Shown here: positions 44,987 to 59,895 of the stretch, in pieces
How the letters are laid out: each line of letters opens with the position of its first letter
How positions within the stretch are numbered: position 1 is the stretch's first letter
Assembly: GCA_951406725.2 (NCBI GenBank)
Contig: OX597826.1
Location: forward strand, 78,306,001 to 78,370,000
Origin: Octopus vulgaris
Taxonomy: Eukaryota
Direction: 5' to 3'
DNA length: 64,000 bases
The notes under the pieces: model-generated
What the model was told of the DNA's origin: nothing
Databases searched by the model: none
The model's input: only the letters and a program-made list of their open reading frames with translations
Translations under genes and position numbers: made by a program

Positions 44987-46568
44987 CTATATATATATAC
45001 ATACATGTATATCTAATATCAAGGCACGGATACGGATACAGATATACGTTAAGACTTCGCCATTTTCGTATTTTCGTTGCTTTGATGCAATTTCAGCCAA
45101 ATCGCTTCTTCCAAAAAGGAATCTGGACAAAATTTTAGTCTTCTTTGCTTTGACCTTACTCCAACGAATTCTAATGATACCTTCTTTTGAATGCCAATAC
45201 ATACTTTTATCATTGTGTCTTTTATAAGCGTAGAGACAGTACTTTGGCAAAATGTGTCGGTTCCATTTTGGGAAATAGAAGGAAAGGAAAAAAAGAAACA
45301 AGAAACAATCAAATATAAGATGTTCAATCAAAAGTGTAAATTGTAAGAAAGTTTGAAAGAATGACCGAATGATAGGGTAAATTAAAGGGAATGTAGTATT
45401 AAAGAATATGAGAATCAAAGTAGACAGGAATATAGGAATAGAAAAATTGAAATAACATAGAAATAACATGACAGGAAAAAGAAGGTAAGAAAGAAAAGAA
45501 GATTATAAAAGAAATGTGAGAGAAAAAAATAAAATGGTGATGCTCAGACTGAAGGAAGGAAGGAAGGAGGGAAGGACGGAAGGAAGGAAGGAAGGAAGGA
45601 AGGAAGGAAGGAAGGAAGGAAGGAAGGAAGGAAGGAAGGAAGGAAAGAAGGATGTGGGAATGATGATGGACAAGAAAGGAAAAAAATGAAGGAATACCGG
45701 ACGAAAGAAGGAGTGAAGCAATAGACGATGACAAGAAGAACATAGGATGGAATGAGAGAAGGAAAGAAGGAAGGAGGGAATAAAGGTGTGACGGAAGAAG
45801 GGAAGAAAGGACAAAGGAATAACAGAAGCATGGAAGAATACACGATAGAAGAGACGGGAGGAATAACGGAAGGACGAAAGCAAATGATGTAATAATGATG
45901 CATAGGAGGAGAAAATGGCTGCGGATGATTTAAAATGAATGAGTGCGAAAGAAGAAGACAGAAGGAAAAGAAAGAACAAGAGAGTTAAGCAAACAAGTAA
46001 AAAAGAAAAAAAAAGATGGAAAATAAATGGAAAACTATGGAAAAAAAACAGAAGGAAATGTATAAGACAAGCAAGAAAATACGGAAGAAGGAAATAAAGA
46101 AACGTAAGATAGGAAGGAATGAAGAAAAGCGAAAATTGAGAAAAAAGAATGAATGAAAAAATGAAAAAAAGGTAAGCTAGAGAGAAAGATGAATCAAATA
46201 GAGGAAATAAAAATAAAATATCTGAATAGAAGACAACAAGGAAAAGCTGGAAAGACAAATGCAAGGAAAAAGAACGGTTAAAAGACAATGAAAACGAAAG
46301 TAGAGAAAAACAAAAACAGTAAAATAAATGAAAGAAGGAAAAAAAACTAAAGAAGAAAGACAATCATTTGGAATTAGGAGAAATTGGAAAGAACTGTAAG
46401 GAAGAATAAAGAAAGCAAGTTGTAAAGGATTGTTCCAAATATGGACGGATGGATTGGTTTGGGAGGAGGATAAAAGAAAAGGGTCGCAGTTTGGGAGTTA
46501 AAAGTTGAAAATGTATGAAAGAAGAGGATATAAGGATTAGAAAGACAAAGAGGTGGAAAGAAGACATG

Positions 46569-46625
<57 letters not shown>

Positions 46626-46885
46626 GGTGAGAGAGAGAGAGAGGAATGGTTATGTAGACAAGCAAACCGACTTACAGACAGAAAGATACGCAGACGATAT
46701 GTGAGAGAGAACCAGGAGAGAGAGAAAGAGAGAGACAGACTTACACACATATTTAGGTATATATAATACATGTATGTGTGTGTATATGTATGTTTGTATC
46801 TGTATATATGAACATAAATATACTTTATGTATATATGTATATATATGTATATCTATCTACCTATCTATCTATCTATGTATCTATG

Positions 46886-46979
<94 letters not shown>

Positions 46980-47177
46980 CATAAATACATACATATATGT
47001 ATTTATGTATATATATATATATATATATAAATACATACATACATTCATATGTGTGTGAGTATATGTGTGTGCGTGTGTGTGGGGTGTGTATATTTATGCA
47101 CACACGCTCGCATGCGTACATGTACATATACATAGAGATTCATAGCTAGACAGACAGATAGACAGATAGGTAGGAGT

Positions 47178-47221
<44 letters not shown>

Positions 47222-47242
47222 CAGTCAGATAGACAGATAAAC

Positions 47243-47326
<84 letters not shown>

Positions 47327-48299
47327 TCTAAAAAAAGTGATCAGTAGATGAATGGATTGATTAGTCGATTGATTAATAAACAGATCGATGATCGACCTAA
47401 TTATTTGATTAAATGTCAGACGCGGTAATATCAATATCCTAATCAAAATGCTATAATGTTTGCTAGAACTTGTCTTCCCTCTCCTCACCTATTTTCTCTC
47501 AGATCTTCGCCTTTGACATTTGTTCGTTCATAAAATATAATTAAGAGACGCAGTTAGTGTATGTTTGATAGTGAAGGTGTCAGGAGTTCATGTCTTGCCA
47601 CCAGCGTCCTGCTATCGGTGACCAAGGAGCTGAACTTGCAGCACAAATGAGTTCACAACCGACTCAGTTCATCTATTTGTAGACAAAAAGTGGCACGACG
47701 AGAAGTCAGTCGAACTCCTAACTATTTACTCAGCAGCCACGTTGGCGGCCAAATCTTGTTCAAATTCCGTTTTTTCCTAATAGACTGACCAAAGTAATCC
47801 TGGAATAATTTTCTGAAAGAAGAAGATGGCAAGATCACTTCTTCCATTTCGGTTGAACGAAATAGTGATGTAGGTTTGTCACAGGCAAATGCTTTTACTA
47901 AGCGTGGATGGCATCAGAATATGATAAAAGCACGAAACACACTCTGAACCCATTGACAAATATGTTCTCTAAGATACTCACACAAATAGCATTAAGACAA
48001 AAACGGCTTTCATAAAATACTCCACATAAATGGAGGACAATGTAGAAACGATAACGAAAACAATGAAAATAGGAAGTCCTCTTATTGTCTCCCTTTACTA
48101 CGCTCTCTCGTTTACTTGCAGTTTATTTGTTTGAGAAGTAGATGTAATGAAAAGATAACGAATGTTTTGTAAATTTGAAGGAGCATTGCTTCCTGTCAGA
48201 ATAACTTCAACAAAATGTAGTTGCCATCATGATGGCTTGCTCAAGATACCCAGTGTGAATATGAGAAGATCAAAAAATGTACCGATACAAACGTGGGTG

Positions 48300-48423
48300 T
48301 GACTCACCAAATATATGACGGATTCGTTAGAAACATAAAAAATTCATCAGGAATATAAAGACCTAACTCGAAAGACATAAAACTCATCATATCGATAATT
48401 AACTCTCTCTTTCTCTCTCTCTT

Positions 48424-48459
<36 letters not shown>

Positions 48460-48553
48460 GATATATATATATATATATATGTGTGTATGTGTGTATGTAT
48501 GTATGTATGTATGTATGTATGTATGTATGTATGTATGTATGTATATATATGTA

Positions 48554-48619
<66 letters not shown>

Positions 48620-48880
48620 ACCTCGGCAGAAGCGAAAAGTATCCATTAGAAATATAATTAACTCTACAGAAATATAACGAACCCAACAGAATATTAAAAA
48701 AATTGCGAGAAATGTAAAGAACTCAGCCGAGATATAAAGAATTCGGCAAAAATATGAAGAAGTCAGTAAAACGGTAAAAAAAAATATCAGAGGGAACATG
48801 AATAACTCGACAGAAAAATAAACAGGATTCAAAAGAAGGATAATGACTCTGCAAGAACTCTAAAGAACTCTGCAGAAATA
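48300..48880. repeat. Degenerate ~20 bp minisatellite split by a microsatellite block
   Basis: Units resembling AAGAACTCGGCAGAAATATA at 48620-48880, with weaker units at 48300-48395. Confidence 0.55.
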
Positions 48881-48930
48881 TATATGCGTATGCGACGTGT
48901 GCGTGCTGAGTATATATAAATGTGCGTGCC

Positions 48931-49094
<164 letters not shown>

Positions 49095-49135
49095 GCATAT
49101 ATATACATATATATATATGCATATGTGTATGTATG

Positions 49136-49202
<67 letters not shown>

Positions 49203-49295
49203 ATATGTATATATACCACCAGACACACACATATCGATAGATTGCTAGATGGATAAACACGCACACAAACACGCACACACGCACACACAGGCACA

Positions 49296-49349
<54 letters not shown>

Positions 49350-49743
49350 CGCACACATACAGAGTAGAAATATAATTAGCATTTTCCTTTATCTATTAAA
49401 TAACCGAGAGTGAGTCAGTGTTGATCTGGAGTTGCTCCTTCGATCTGATTCGATTAATACTAAGTCTATTGTGAATTTAAATAAAGTTTTTATAGATTTT
49501 AATAAGGTTTTGTGGATTTTAATAAAGTGTTTCTCTTCTCATCCTTTCCATGAGACAAACAGATTTATTGGAATTTACCAATTTCGTTAAAAACATTTAG
49601 CCGAATCGGGCCGCCACCAGGCCTCGCGTGCATAAAAAAAAACACATTCTTGCTATCCTCTATGATGATGATGTCAATGATGACGATGACGATGATGATG
49701 ATGATGATGATGAAGATGTGGATTATGTAATTATTATTATTGC

Positions 49744-49810
<67 letters not shown>

Positions 49811-49859
49811 GTTCACCAAGGATGCAACCCTCCCCATTTTAATATGTTTTGGTCTTAGA

Positions 49860-50940
49860 AGCTTTGCTGCGATGACTGGAGAGTTTGAAGGTCATCACTT
49901 TGTAGCTAGGTCACAGGATACAAAATGATCGACACTACACTGAAAGAATGTCAGGTTTTACAGGAGCACTCACAAACCAGGAGAATTCAGTGGGTTTGGA
50001 AGTCGGCTCTTGGAGAGGCCAGTCCATGTTGACCAGCGTCTATTACTGTCGTCGGATAGATGGTCCGGTGAAAGGGTTCGGACCAGATCTCCAGGTAGAT
50101 AGGAAGTGGGAAGAAGTTATAGTCAGCGTAGCCAAGCTCAGCCGGAAATAAGCATACAGGAAGTACTCTCTATAAGCCCGGGCGGAAGTAGCGAATGCTT
50201 ACATCGCCTCGGTATTGTACTACCACCCAGCAGAAAACTCTGAGTAGATTAGAGCGCTTGCTTTTTCAACTCTTTTAGAAATTTCATGTTATGCTGGTCA
50301 GAAAACTATGTGATCTCAACACCCGGTGGTGTTGGGGTGCCATTCTTGATGCATTGAGGCTGACGCACCTGCAGAAATATCCAAATCACTTCGATGATGT
50401 GAACGACGACGATGAAATCTAGGGCGAAGTGGTGTGGGTATCCTTCGTGCGACACATCTTTCTGCATTCTATCAACTAGACAAAACAGTTATAAGAGAGA
50501 CAACCCAATATTTCTATAAAGGTCTTGTTGAGGGGATGAACGAAGAAGGCCTAGGGTTGATGCTGGCCAAGCATTGACAAGAATGGTGTGACTGGCCTCT
50601 TCTGGAGGATTTTCGGGTCGAAAATCAGGGGCAATTTGCAAAACACTTTTGTATGGCAGTGCTACAGAGGTGGGGGAAGACCCATTGCGTGTTCGAGACA
50701 AGCTCTCCAGGCATAGAAGTGCCAACATGCCAACAAGGGGACGAAACTTCAAACATGCAATTGTTTAGTGTCTGAGCAATAGAGACGTGTGAATATGTGT
50801 TGAGTAGCTGCTGTCTCGTGGACTTTGAGTCCAGCTCTCCGCCGAGTGCATTATGAACACCACATTCCTTTAGTAGAGAGGGTAAGCAGGCCTTTCTCTG
50901 CGTCAGGGCTTTGGCAAAATGGACCGACAGTGTGACAGAG
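49860..50940 (+). mobile_element. Decayed L1/Tx1-type ORF2 (RT C-terminal part to zinc-finger region)
   Basis: FTGALTNQENSVGLEVGSWRG, FGPDLQVDRKWEEV, RKYSL*ARAEVANAYIASVLYY and WQCYRG, in the order expected for L1/Tx1 ORF2. Confidence 0.7.
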
Positions 50941-50957
50941 TGGTAGATAATAATAAT

Positions 50958-51354
50958 AACTTCATATTTTGACACAAGGTCAACAGTTTCGAGGAAAGGA
51001 GTAAAACGATAACATTACGCCAGTGATCAATTGGTACTTATTTTATCGACCCCGAAAGCATGAAAGGCAAAATCGACCTCGGCGGAAATTGAACACAGAA
51101 CGTAAAGGGGGAAGAAATACCTATTTCTTTTCTACCCACAAGGAGCCAAACACAGAGAGGACAAACAAGGACAGACAAACGGATTAAGTCGATTATATCA
51201 ACCCCAGTGCGTAACTAGTACTTATTTAATCGACCCCGAAAGGATGAAAGGCAAAGTCGACCTCGGCGGAATTTGAACTCAGAACGTAACGGCAGACGAA
51301 ATACCGCTAAGAATTTCGCCCGGCGTGCTAACGTTTCTGCCAGCTGGCCGCCTT
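50958..51354 (-). mobile_element. SINE B2 (full) followed by the 3' remainder of an older B1 copy
   Basis: Minus strand: head...GTGGGTAGAAAGAAATA|GGTATTTCTTCC...CCTTGTGTCAAAATATGAAG. Junction at 51121/51122. Confidence 0.88.
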
Positions 51355-51664
51355 AACGTCATTGAATATCAGCAGCATAACACCACCGATTATCTCCCTT
51401 TTCTTCTTTCCGTTTCCTCCGTCTCTTCTTTCCTGTTGAAGGAAAAGTAAAACATCACCACCACCAACACCAACAATAACAATAATATCAAGAACTGGCA
51501 TGTAGCAGATTCAAGAAGGCGCTGCGTAGTGTGACATGACTCCACGGCGGGTTTCCTTCCCTCTCGAAGGCAAAGGACTCAAATACACTCCACATACATA
51601 CGCACCTACCGTACGAAGGCAGATACGTGACTGTGTGCACATTTCTACGTGAATGTGCGAGTGA

Positions 51665-51722
<58 letters not shown>

Positions 51723-51865
51723 TTTGTATATCTTCCAGTGTCTCCCAATTGTCGGTTGATTGATGACGGTTGTTCGGAAACAGAAACGTAGAGAGAGATG
51801 GAGGGTGAGTGGTGAAGGGAGCCGGGGAGATGGAAGTAGGAAAAGAAGAGGGCGACAAGAAAGAC

Positions 51866-52500
51866 AGAAGAAGAAGAAGAAGAAGAAGAAAGAGAAGAAG
51901 AAAAAGAAGAAAAAGAAGAAGAAGAAGAAAAAAGAAGAAGAAGAAGAAGAAGAAGAAGAAGAAAAAGAAGAAGAAGAAGAAGAAGAAAAAGGAGAAGAAG
52001 AAGAAGAAAAAGAAGGAGAAGAAGAAGAAGGAGAAGGAGGAGAAGAAGAAGAAAGAGAAGGAGAAGAAGAAGAAGAAGAAGAAGAAGAAGAAGAAGAAGA
52101 AGAAGAAAGAAGAAGAAGAAGAAAAAGAAAAAGAAGAAAAAAGAAGAAGAAGAAGAAGAAGAAGAAGAAAGAAGAAGAAGAAGAAGAAAAGAAGAAGAAA
52201 AAGAAGAAGAAAAAGAAGAAGAAGAAGAAGAAGAAGAAAGAAGAAGAAGAAGAAGAAGAAAGAAGAAGAAGAAGAAGAAGAAAAAGAAGAAGAAGAAGAA
52301 GAAGAAGAAGAAGAAGAAGAAGAAGAAAAAGGAGAAGAAGAAGAAGAAGAAGAAGAAGAAGAAAAGGAGAAGAAGAAGAAAAAGAAGAAGAAGAAGAAGG
52401 AGAAGAAGAAGAAGAAGAAGGAGGAGAAGAAGAAGAAAGAGAAGGAGAAGAAGAAGAAGAAGAAAGGAAGGAGGAGAAGTAGGAAGAGAAAGAAGAGGAG
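51866..52500. repeat. (GAA)n polypurine array
   Basis: ~630 bp of pure A/G sequence. Confidence 0.95.
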
Positions 52501-52772
52501 AAGAAGGGGAACCCAAGAAAAAAAATGATGGAGCAGTATGCTATAGTGTTGTATTATACGGCATAGTATGTGAGTGTTTATGAAGGAGAGAGAGGGATAA
52601 AGGGAGAGAGAGAGAGCAAGATACTGTGTGTGTGTGTGTGTGTCTGAGTGTGTGAACGTATGATGCGACAGATGAAGTGGCAGTTTTACAAAAGTCGAAT
52701 ATACACATATATATATAAATATATATATGCATGTATATATGTGTATATATATATACATACATATATATACAT

Positions 52773-52879
<107 letters not shown>

Positions 52880-53457
52880 CTTGCAGCACGCAATGGTTTG
52901 CCACGTAAGCAAGCTTAACTGGCTTTTACGCTGACCTAGAGACCTTGTCGTAAATATTGGGAAGATTATGGGTTGGAATTGAAGAGGATTTTGGCAGCAG
53001 ACAAAACCCGGAACAACCATAAACAATCTATAACTATAGATGTCAAATGTTTTACTCTCACCCATCAGCCAACAACGGCCATGAACTGTGTATCGTTTCT
53101 CCTTTATTGTATTTTTTATAGTAATTTTAGTTTTATTGCGTGCTTTCATTGAGTTGCTGAACGGACTTCTCTGTTCCTTCGGTACATGCAATATTTTTCT
53201 ATCTCATCTTTTGTATTCAGAGTATTTTTCATAATAATCGCGTAACACCCAGAAACGCCATTTTCTGCATGTTGCATAGATCTAGGACGTTTCTTTTTTT
53301 TGATTTTTGCTTTTTTTCAGAATATTCTATTATTTATTCTCAACCGTTTCTGCTGATTTCTAATATCCGAATCGGTTACTATGGAATTGTTGCTTATATC
53401 TCCAATCCCTCGCAGTCATTCTTCTTATCTGCATAACCAGATATTTAATTTAATTTT

Positions 53458-53612
53458 GTTTCTTACTTGTTTCAGTCACTGGACTGCCGCCATGCTGGGG
53501 CATCGCGTTGAAGGTTTTTAAGTCAAACAAGTTGACACTAGTATTTCTTTTATGTTCGATACTCCTTCTATCGGTTCACTTTTTGCCGAACTGCATTGGT
53601 ATGGCAGCGTAA
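53458..53612 (-). mobile_element. SINE family A, 3' tail
   Basis: Matches 13953-14100. Confidence 0.7.
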
Positions 53613-53755
53613 CGGAGTCGAACGGTGGAGGTACAGCTGCAAAAATACACATAATCTCCGTCTCCTCCAAATATTTGAACATGCCGACCTGTTCTACAAT
53701 AACTCTTTAGATATTGAGCAGCTCTGGTGTTTTTGACAGACAGACACACAGACAC

Positions 53756-53848
<93 letters not shown>

Positions 53849-53862
53849 TAGAGAGAGAGGGG

Positions 53863-54016
<154 letters not shown>

Positions 54017-54034
54017 CAGATAGATAGATATTGA

Positions 54035-55770
54035 TATTTTGGCTTGGTAGGATTGGAGGAACAGTCGCTGTTCATTGGCATCGCGAACTTTCTTATATCG
54101 GTGAGGTTGATCCTATTGAACCTTTGCAAGACCACACTTTCAGGAATCACACGAGCAGGAGGGAAGTTTCAGGGATGGCGTGTAGGAAATACTATGCGTA
54201 GGAATTAGTAAGGCATATCAGGGTTTGGACGCAAGGAGTGTTATGAGCGGAGGAGGAAGAAGCAGTGGCCTGTGGATGCACTGGTCGAGGCAGAATGAGT
54301 GCAGCCATATCTGAAGAGCAGAGAACATTACATTAATAGCAGAAGAGACTGTGACCCTATGTTTCGCACGTGTCTGCGAATGACTTTATATTACTCAATA
54401 TAGTGGCCTCTTCTTCGTTTGTTTGTACTGCAGTAGCACTGACCCCAATTTGAGAGGTACGTGGTCAAGTCCAGTAGCAATGCAGGTTTGAAATGCTCTG
54501 GAACGGTAGAAAGGGTGATATCTGTTGTGAGCAGTATTTAGTTGATGCCAAGTTGGCGGCTCCTTCTGCGGGGAAACTACTTCACAAAATCATCGCTGAA
54601 CGAAAGAGGATTAGGCAAATTTGGCTGAAACCTGTGTGTAAAAAGGGATCAGAAAGAGTGGGTGCAGTTCGGAAGTTAAATAGGTTAAGAGTTACAACAT
54701 GTACGAAGTCATCTTTAATGATTTGGATGATGGCATGGCTGGGGTTATGTTGCTGGGTAAATACCATCCAAGTTTTCTGAAAGTTGAGTTTCATCGGGCG
54801 TTGTAGACGCTGTTTTAATTTGTGTTTAGTTGTTGTGTATGAATAGTTTCAATGAAATTCTGGTTGACCTGCTTATTAGTAAGTTTGAGGACATGGAGTT
54901 CTCGCTGCGTAATGGATGCCGCGAGACATGCTAAAAGGATAGTTTCAGTAACATATCTGTTTCTGAAGAGTCACAAGAGAAGCACTTACACAAATATATT
55001 TACAATACGTAATTTCGAGGTACGTCATTTTCGAAATTACGTCGTTCTTTGTTGTTGTTTTTTTTTATTGGAAAAATAAACAAATAAGCCACGATTTCAG
55101 TCGATATATCCGAATTTACATATTTAATGCACAAATTCTTTTAAAAAACGACTGAACTGGAAAATCAAATAAAATGTTTGTAAAAATATATACACATTTT
55201 TTGGTGGGTGGGGAGGTCAGTCGATTTTATCGACCCTACTATGCAATCGGTACTTAATTTATCGATCCCGAAAGGAAGAAAGGCAAAGTTGACCTCGGCA
55301 GAATTTGAACTCAGAACGTAAAGACAGTCGAAATACCACTAAGCAGCATTTCGCCCGGCATGCTAACATTCCCGCCAGTTCGCCGGCTTATATAAATCAT
55401 TTGGTAAAAAAAAAAGCTTTTCTGTTTACATCGTTTTTCGACTTAAGTCGCATGTCTTGGAACCATTTACCGACGTAAGTTGAGGCATGCCTACATTGCC
55501 AGACGTTGTTTGCATAAAGCTGATGGAACTAAAACAAATCAGTTGGCAAGAAATGTCTTGAAGATCGCAGCAGGGTAGGAAGTGATAGGTGCATGGCGGG
55601 TGTGTGTTGAGTAGTTGCAATGAGACGGTGACCGAACGACACTTAAGTAGGAGACACGGTTACAAATTGGTAGAGATTAAGCTCAGAGGTGAGAAATAGA
55701 TCTCAAGGGTATTTAGGTGTCAACTGTGTGTTGATCTCGGATGGTTAGAGGGGATAAGAAAAGAAGATAT
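54035..55770 (-). mobile_element. Decayed CR1/Jockey-group LINE fragments, interrupted by SINE B
   Basis: Weak motif traces in the expected order: NTL(D)LFLTS and the SDH region of APE near 55640-55715, KLNFQKT of RT near 54780, and [16 protein letters not shown] at the C-terminus near 54100-54150. Confidence 0.4.
55205..55390 (-). mobile_element. SINE family B
   Basis: Reverse-complement match to B. Confidence 0.85.
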
Positions 55771-55819
55771 AGGGGCTTCGGAATTGCAAGCAATTACGTG
55801 TGAACGTGAGTGTGTGTGC

Positions 55820-55871
<52 letters not shown>

Positions 55872-55892
55872 GTGTGTGTGTATGTATATATA

Positions 55893-55941
<49 letters not shown>

Positions 55942-56084
55942 ATGTATGTATGTATGTATGTATGATAGTATGTATGTATGCATTTATGTTTGTATACACG
56001 CACGCACATGCAACGAGAGAATGAGATTCATACATCTACATACATGTACATCTACATATCCACACATGCATAGACATACACTGC

Positions 56085-56150
<66 letters not shown>

Positions 56151-56239
56151 CATATATATATATATAGATGTATGTATGTATATACACATCCATATACAAA
56201 TACATATATATATATATGAGAGAGAGAAATATAGAATTT

Positions 56240-56283
<44 letters not shown>

Positions 56284-56647
56284 TACATACAAATGTATGT
56301 GTATATACACATAAATAAATAAATATATATATATGTTTGTGTGTGTATGTATGTATATATGTATATATGCACACACATATATACTAATATACGTATATCT
56401 AAGAATGTACATATGAACAGGTGTATCATTGTATGATGTATGTAAACTAAATGCGAGTATGGAGTTACGTTTGCATAAATTCCCGTTTATATTCATACAT
56501 AACGCTTTTGGGTTTGTAAACATTTTGAATATAAAAATACGCACGGTCATCCATACATACACACATGTCTATGCATATAAATATGCGAAAGTATATACAA
56601 ATGCAAACACACAGATATAGATATATACGTGCATATACACACAACTA

Positions 56648-56681
<34 letters not shown>

Positions 56682-56872
56682 TGTGTGTGTGTGTGTGTAT
56701 GTGTGTGTGTATGGAGATGGTTTGGTAGTAAAATAATATATGAGTATTTATCGTGTTCTGCAGACGAGGGTGTTTATAAGTGAGATTAAATGATAGAGGC
56801 AGAGGGGTGAGAGAAAAAGAGATGAAGATGGCATGAGGAAAATATGAAAGACATAGAATACAGGGACAGAAA

Positions 56873-56910
<38 letters not shown>

Positions 56911-57193
56911 GTGATATGGAGAGGGTTAAAGAAACATCAAGGGATATGGGTGGAGAGAAGCAGGGAGTGTGGAAGATGGGCAAGATGTATTGAATAACAA
57001 AGATAAAGTAATGGAAAATATAGATGAAAGAGAAAGAGTGATGGAGGCCGAAGAGTAAAGGAAGACAGGAAAAAAAAGTTGGAGTCAAAGGTCAAAGATC
57101 AAAATCCCTGTTCTTAAGAATTTTAGTAAGCATTTAAAAGGTGCGGAGGTTTGGTAAGGTGAGATGATATATGGTGGAGTGGTGAAAAGTTAT

Positions 57194-57228
<35 letters not shown>

Positions 57229-59087
57229 TAGTTGGTGGTGTTGATGATGGTGGTGATGGTGACTGTGGGTTGGTGGTGGTGCTTGTTTTTGTTACTATTT
57301 CCCAGGTGGTGGCGTGCGGTGGCAGTGTTGATGGTGGTGGTGGTGGTGGTGGTGGTGGTGGAACGTAGGCGAAATGTTTGGACGCGTCGATAATTTATTT
57401 CAAAAGCATTTTGTGTAAGGGTTACGGACAGGAAGTAAAACTGAAATAAATAAAACAGCTCAAAGGTGAAACATTGAAAACGAAAGTGAAAGTAAAAGTA
57501 AAAGAAAAAAATCCTTTTTAATGTACGAAAAACATTAAACAAAGTAAGAAAAACAAATAAGAAATAGTAAAGTAATAAAAACAAGTGATAAAGAAAGTAA
57601 TAAAAATAGACATGTATGAAGGAAGAAGAAGATTCTGGTGAGATATGTCTTGGAGATGAGTGAGGAAGCGATAATGCCTGAAGGGCGGTGGTGTGGAGAT
57701 GGGGGGAGAACACCTCCTACGTTGTAATTTGAGCATTAGAATGCTATAAACATCAGCGGGTAACGGGATCGGCAACAGGGGATGAGGAAATGTTTAGCAA
57801 TATCATGCGAAAGAAGGAAAGAAGCGGGTGGATGGAGAACGAAGTGTAGCAGATGGTGGGAGAGATATAAGGATAAATAGATGGAGAGGTTAAGGGTTCG
57901 AATAAATTTGCCTTTGTGATATTACTTATTTACATCTGTTGTTCGGGTTTTTGTTCCCATTCGTAACTGTCCTAATGCTAATGGATATCTACTTCCCTAT
58001 ACAAAACCGAAGATGCTTTCCGATCTTTTCCGATGCTTTCACATCAACAATGAATATTGATAACCTTAATGAGTGTACAGCTGGAACAGATTTTGTAAAC
58101 TATAGGCCGAAGCTCCTACGATTCATTCCGCCATCAGAGACGTTTGAGCTTAAACATAAATCGTTGTCGTTGCTATTGGTATCATTCTATAACTCCTGTT
58201 TAATCATCAGTCAGGCAGAAAAACGATCAAAGACGTCCCAGGGCGAAACCATCGCGTCTGTTTAAGTCTGAAAAATGCATTATCTAACGTAAGCGTCCTT
58301 CTTTATTCTGTATGTTACAGACACTTTATGGAGATTCGGCTACTATTTCTAGTAGATCGTGAATCATCGTAGATGTTCGTGCCTTGGCTCGAATTTTTTC
58401 ATCTAGGGTTATAACAGTTTCTCCCCATCTGTAGCACCTTACTCCCTAGTCAACACTGTAATTAGCAACTGAGATGCTGTATAATTGAGATGGCGGGTTC
58501 GTCACATTGAATGAGTAGCAGTTTCAAATCTCTCTCTTTCTGTGCAACACCGGTTAAAGACCTTCATGGTTACTATTGCTTAAGGTATTACCAAGAGAAG
58601 CTCAACTTAGACGTTTGGCTTGTTAACAAAACGACTGTATCACTTTCAAAACACACGCAAATGTATCTTTTAAAAAAAGCAGTGATATCGGACAAAGTGT
58701 TCCCAACAACACAAGTCTCAATAAAAGACATGCTGGGCACTAAAACGATGCTAAAAATAACGTTAAACCGACTTAAAAGCAATTCTATCGAAACTGCGCT
58801 TTCTTTTCTCCCCTTTTTTTTTTTAGTAGAATGGATATCTTTGATATCATGTTTTCTGCAAATTTTGTTTCAAATGCACAGTTTTTTGCTTTCGCTTATT
58901 TTCACAGTTTTTTAAATCTGTACATGCTTAGATATCTTCTGCTATGAAACAGAAACATAAAACTGTCCCTTACATCAATTAACTCTATGTCTATGGATGT
59001 ATAAGGGATAGCATTTTTATTTTACACTATGTACAAAAATCGTTGCTTCATATTAGGAAAAAAAACCGCCCGTTTATCCGTTCCTGC

Positions 59088-59152
<65 letters not shown>

Positions 59153-59197
59153 GAGTGTGTGTGTGTGTACATGTGCACACATACGTATGTGTAATTC

Positions 59198-59895
59198 TTT
59201 CTAATTTTGGCACAAAGCCAGTAAATTTTCTAAAGGAGGGGTAAGTCGATCATAGTCCACAAAACGATGAAAGACAAAGTCGATCTCTGTTGAATTTGAA
59301 CTCAGAACGTAAGGACAGACAAAATACAGCAACGCATTTTCGCCGACTTACTAACGGATTCTGCAAGGTCGCCGCCGTCTAGAAATATTAATAATCTTTT
59401 CTACTCTAGGTACAAGGCCCGAAATTTTGGGGGAAGGAGCCAGTCGATTAGATCGGCCCCAGTACGTAATTGGTACTTAATTTATCGACCTCGAAAGGAT
59501 GAAAGGCAAAGTCGACCTCATCGGAATTTGAACTCAGAACGTAAAGATATGAACTTTTTAATCACGGAAACATGCATTCTAGAGAATTTGTCTTCTGTTT
59601 CTGTTTTCTGATCATGCGGTCGAGAACAAAATATATTCCTGGATACACGGCACCAGACTAACCATACTCTTCAGAAAGCGGTCATAGTTCAATCATAATT
59701 ATACTTTGTTGTAGCAGAATGCAAAGCGCTATTTCACCCGTCGCTACGTTCTCAGTTCAAATTCCACCGAGGTCAACTTTGCTTTTCATCCTTTCAGGGT
59801 CAATAAATTAATTACCCCTTGAGTACTGGCATCAATGTGATCGACTGTACCTTCCCCACAAAATCCAGACCGTGTGCCTATAGTGGGAAGGAATA
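59198..59895. mobile_element. Cluster of three SINE B copies: 59198-59357 (-), 59392-59547 (-), 59712-59895 (+)
   Basis: Each matches the B body and/or tail. Confidence 0.8.

Noticed and set aside
45330-46560. Long purine-rich tract giving an F/L/S-rich 286-aa ORF
   Set aside because: Low-complexity GA-rich sequence derived from decayed (GGAA)/(GAA) repeats, not a membrane protein.
48620-48880. CRISPR-like periodicity
   Set aside because: Units are contiguous degenerate tandem repeats without unique spacers, in a eukaryotic context with no cas genes.
58205-58265. Possible hammerhead (CGTCCCAGGGCGAAAC...GTC) and Penelope GIY-YIG-like end upstream
   Set aside because: The CUGANGA core is absent and protein similarity is too weak to support a call.
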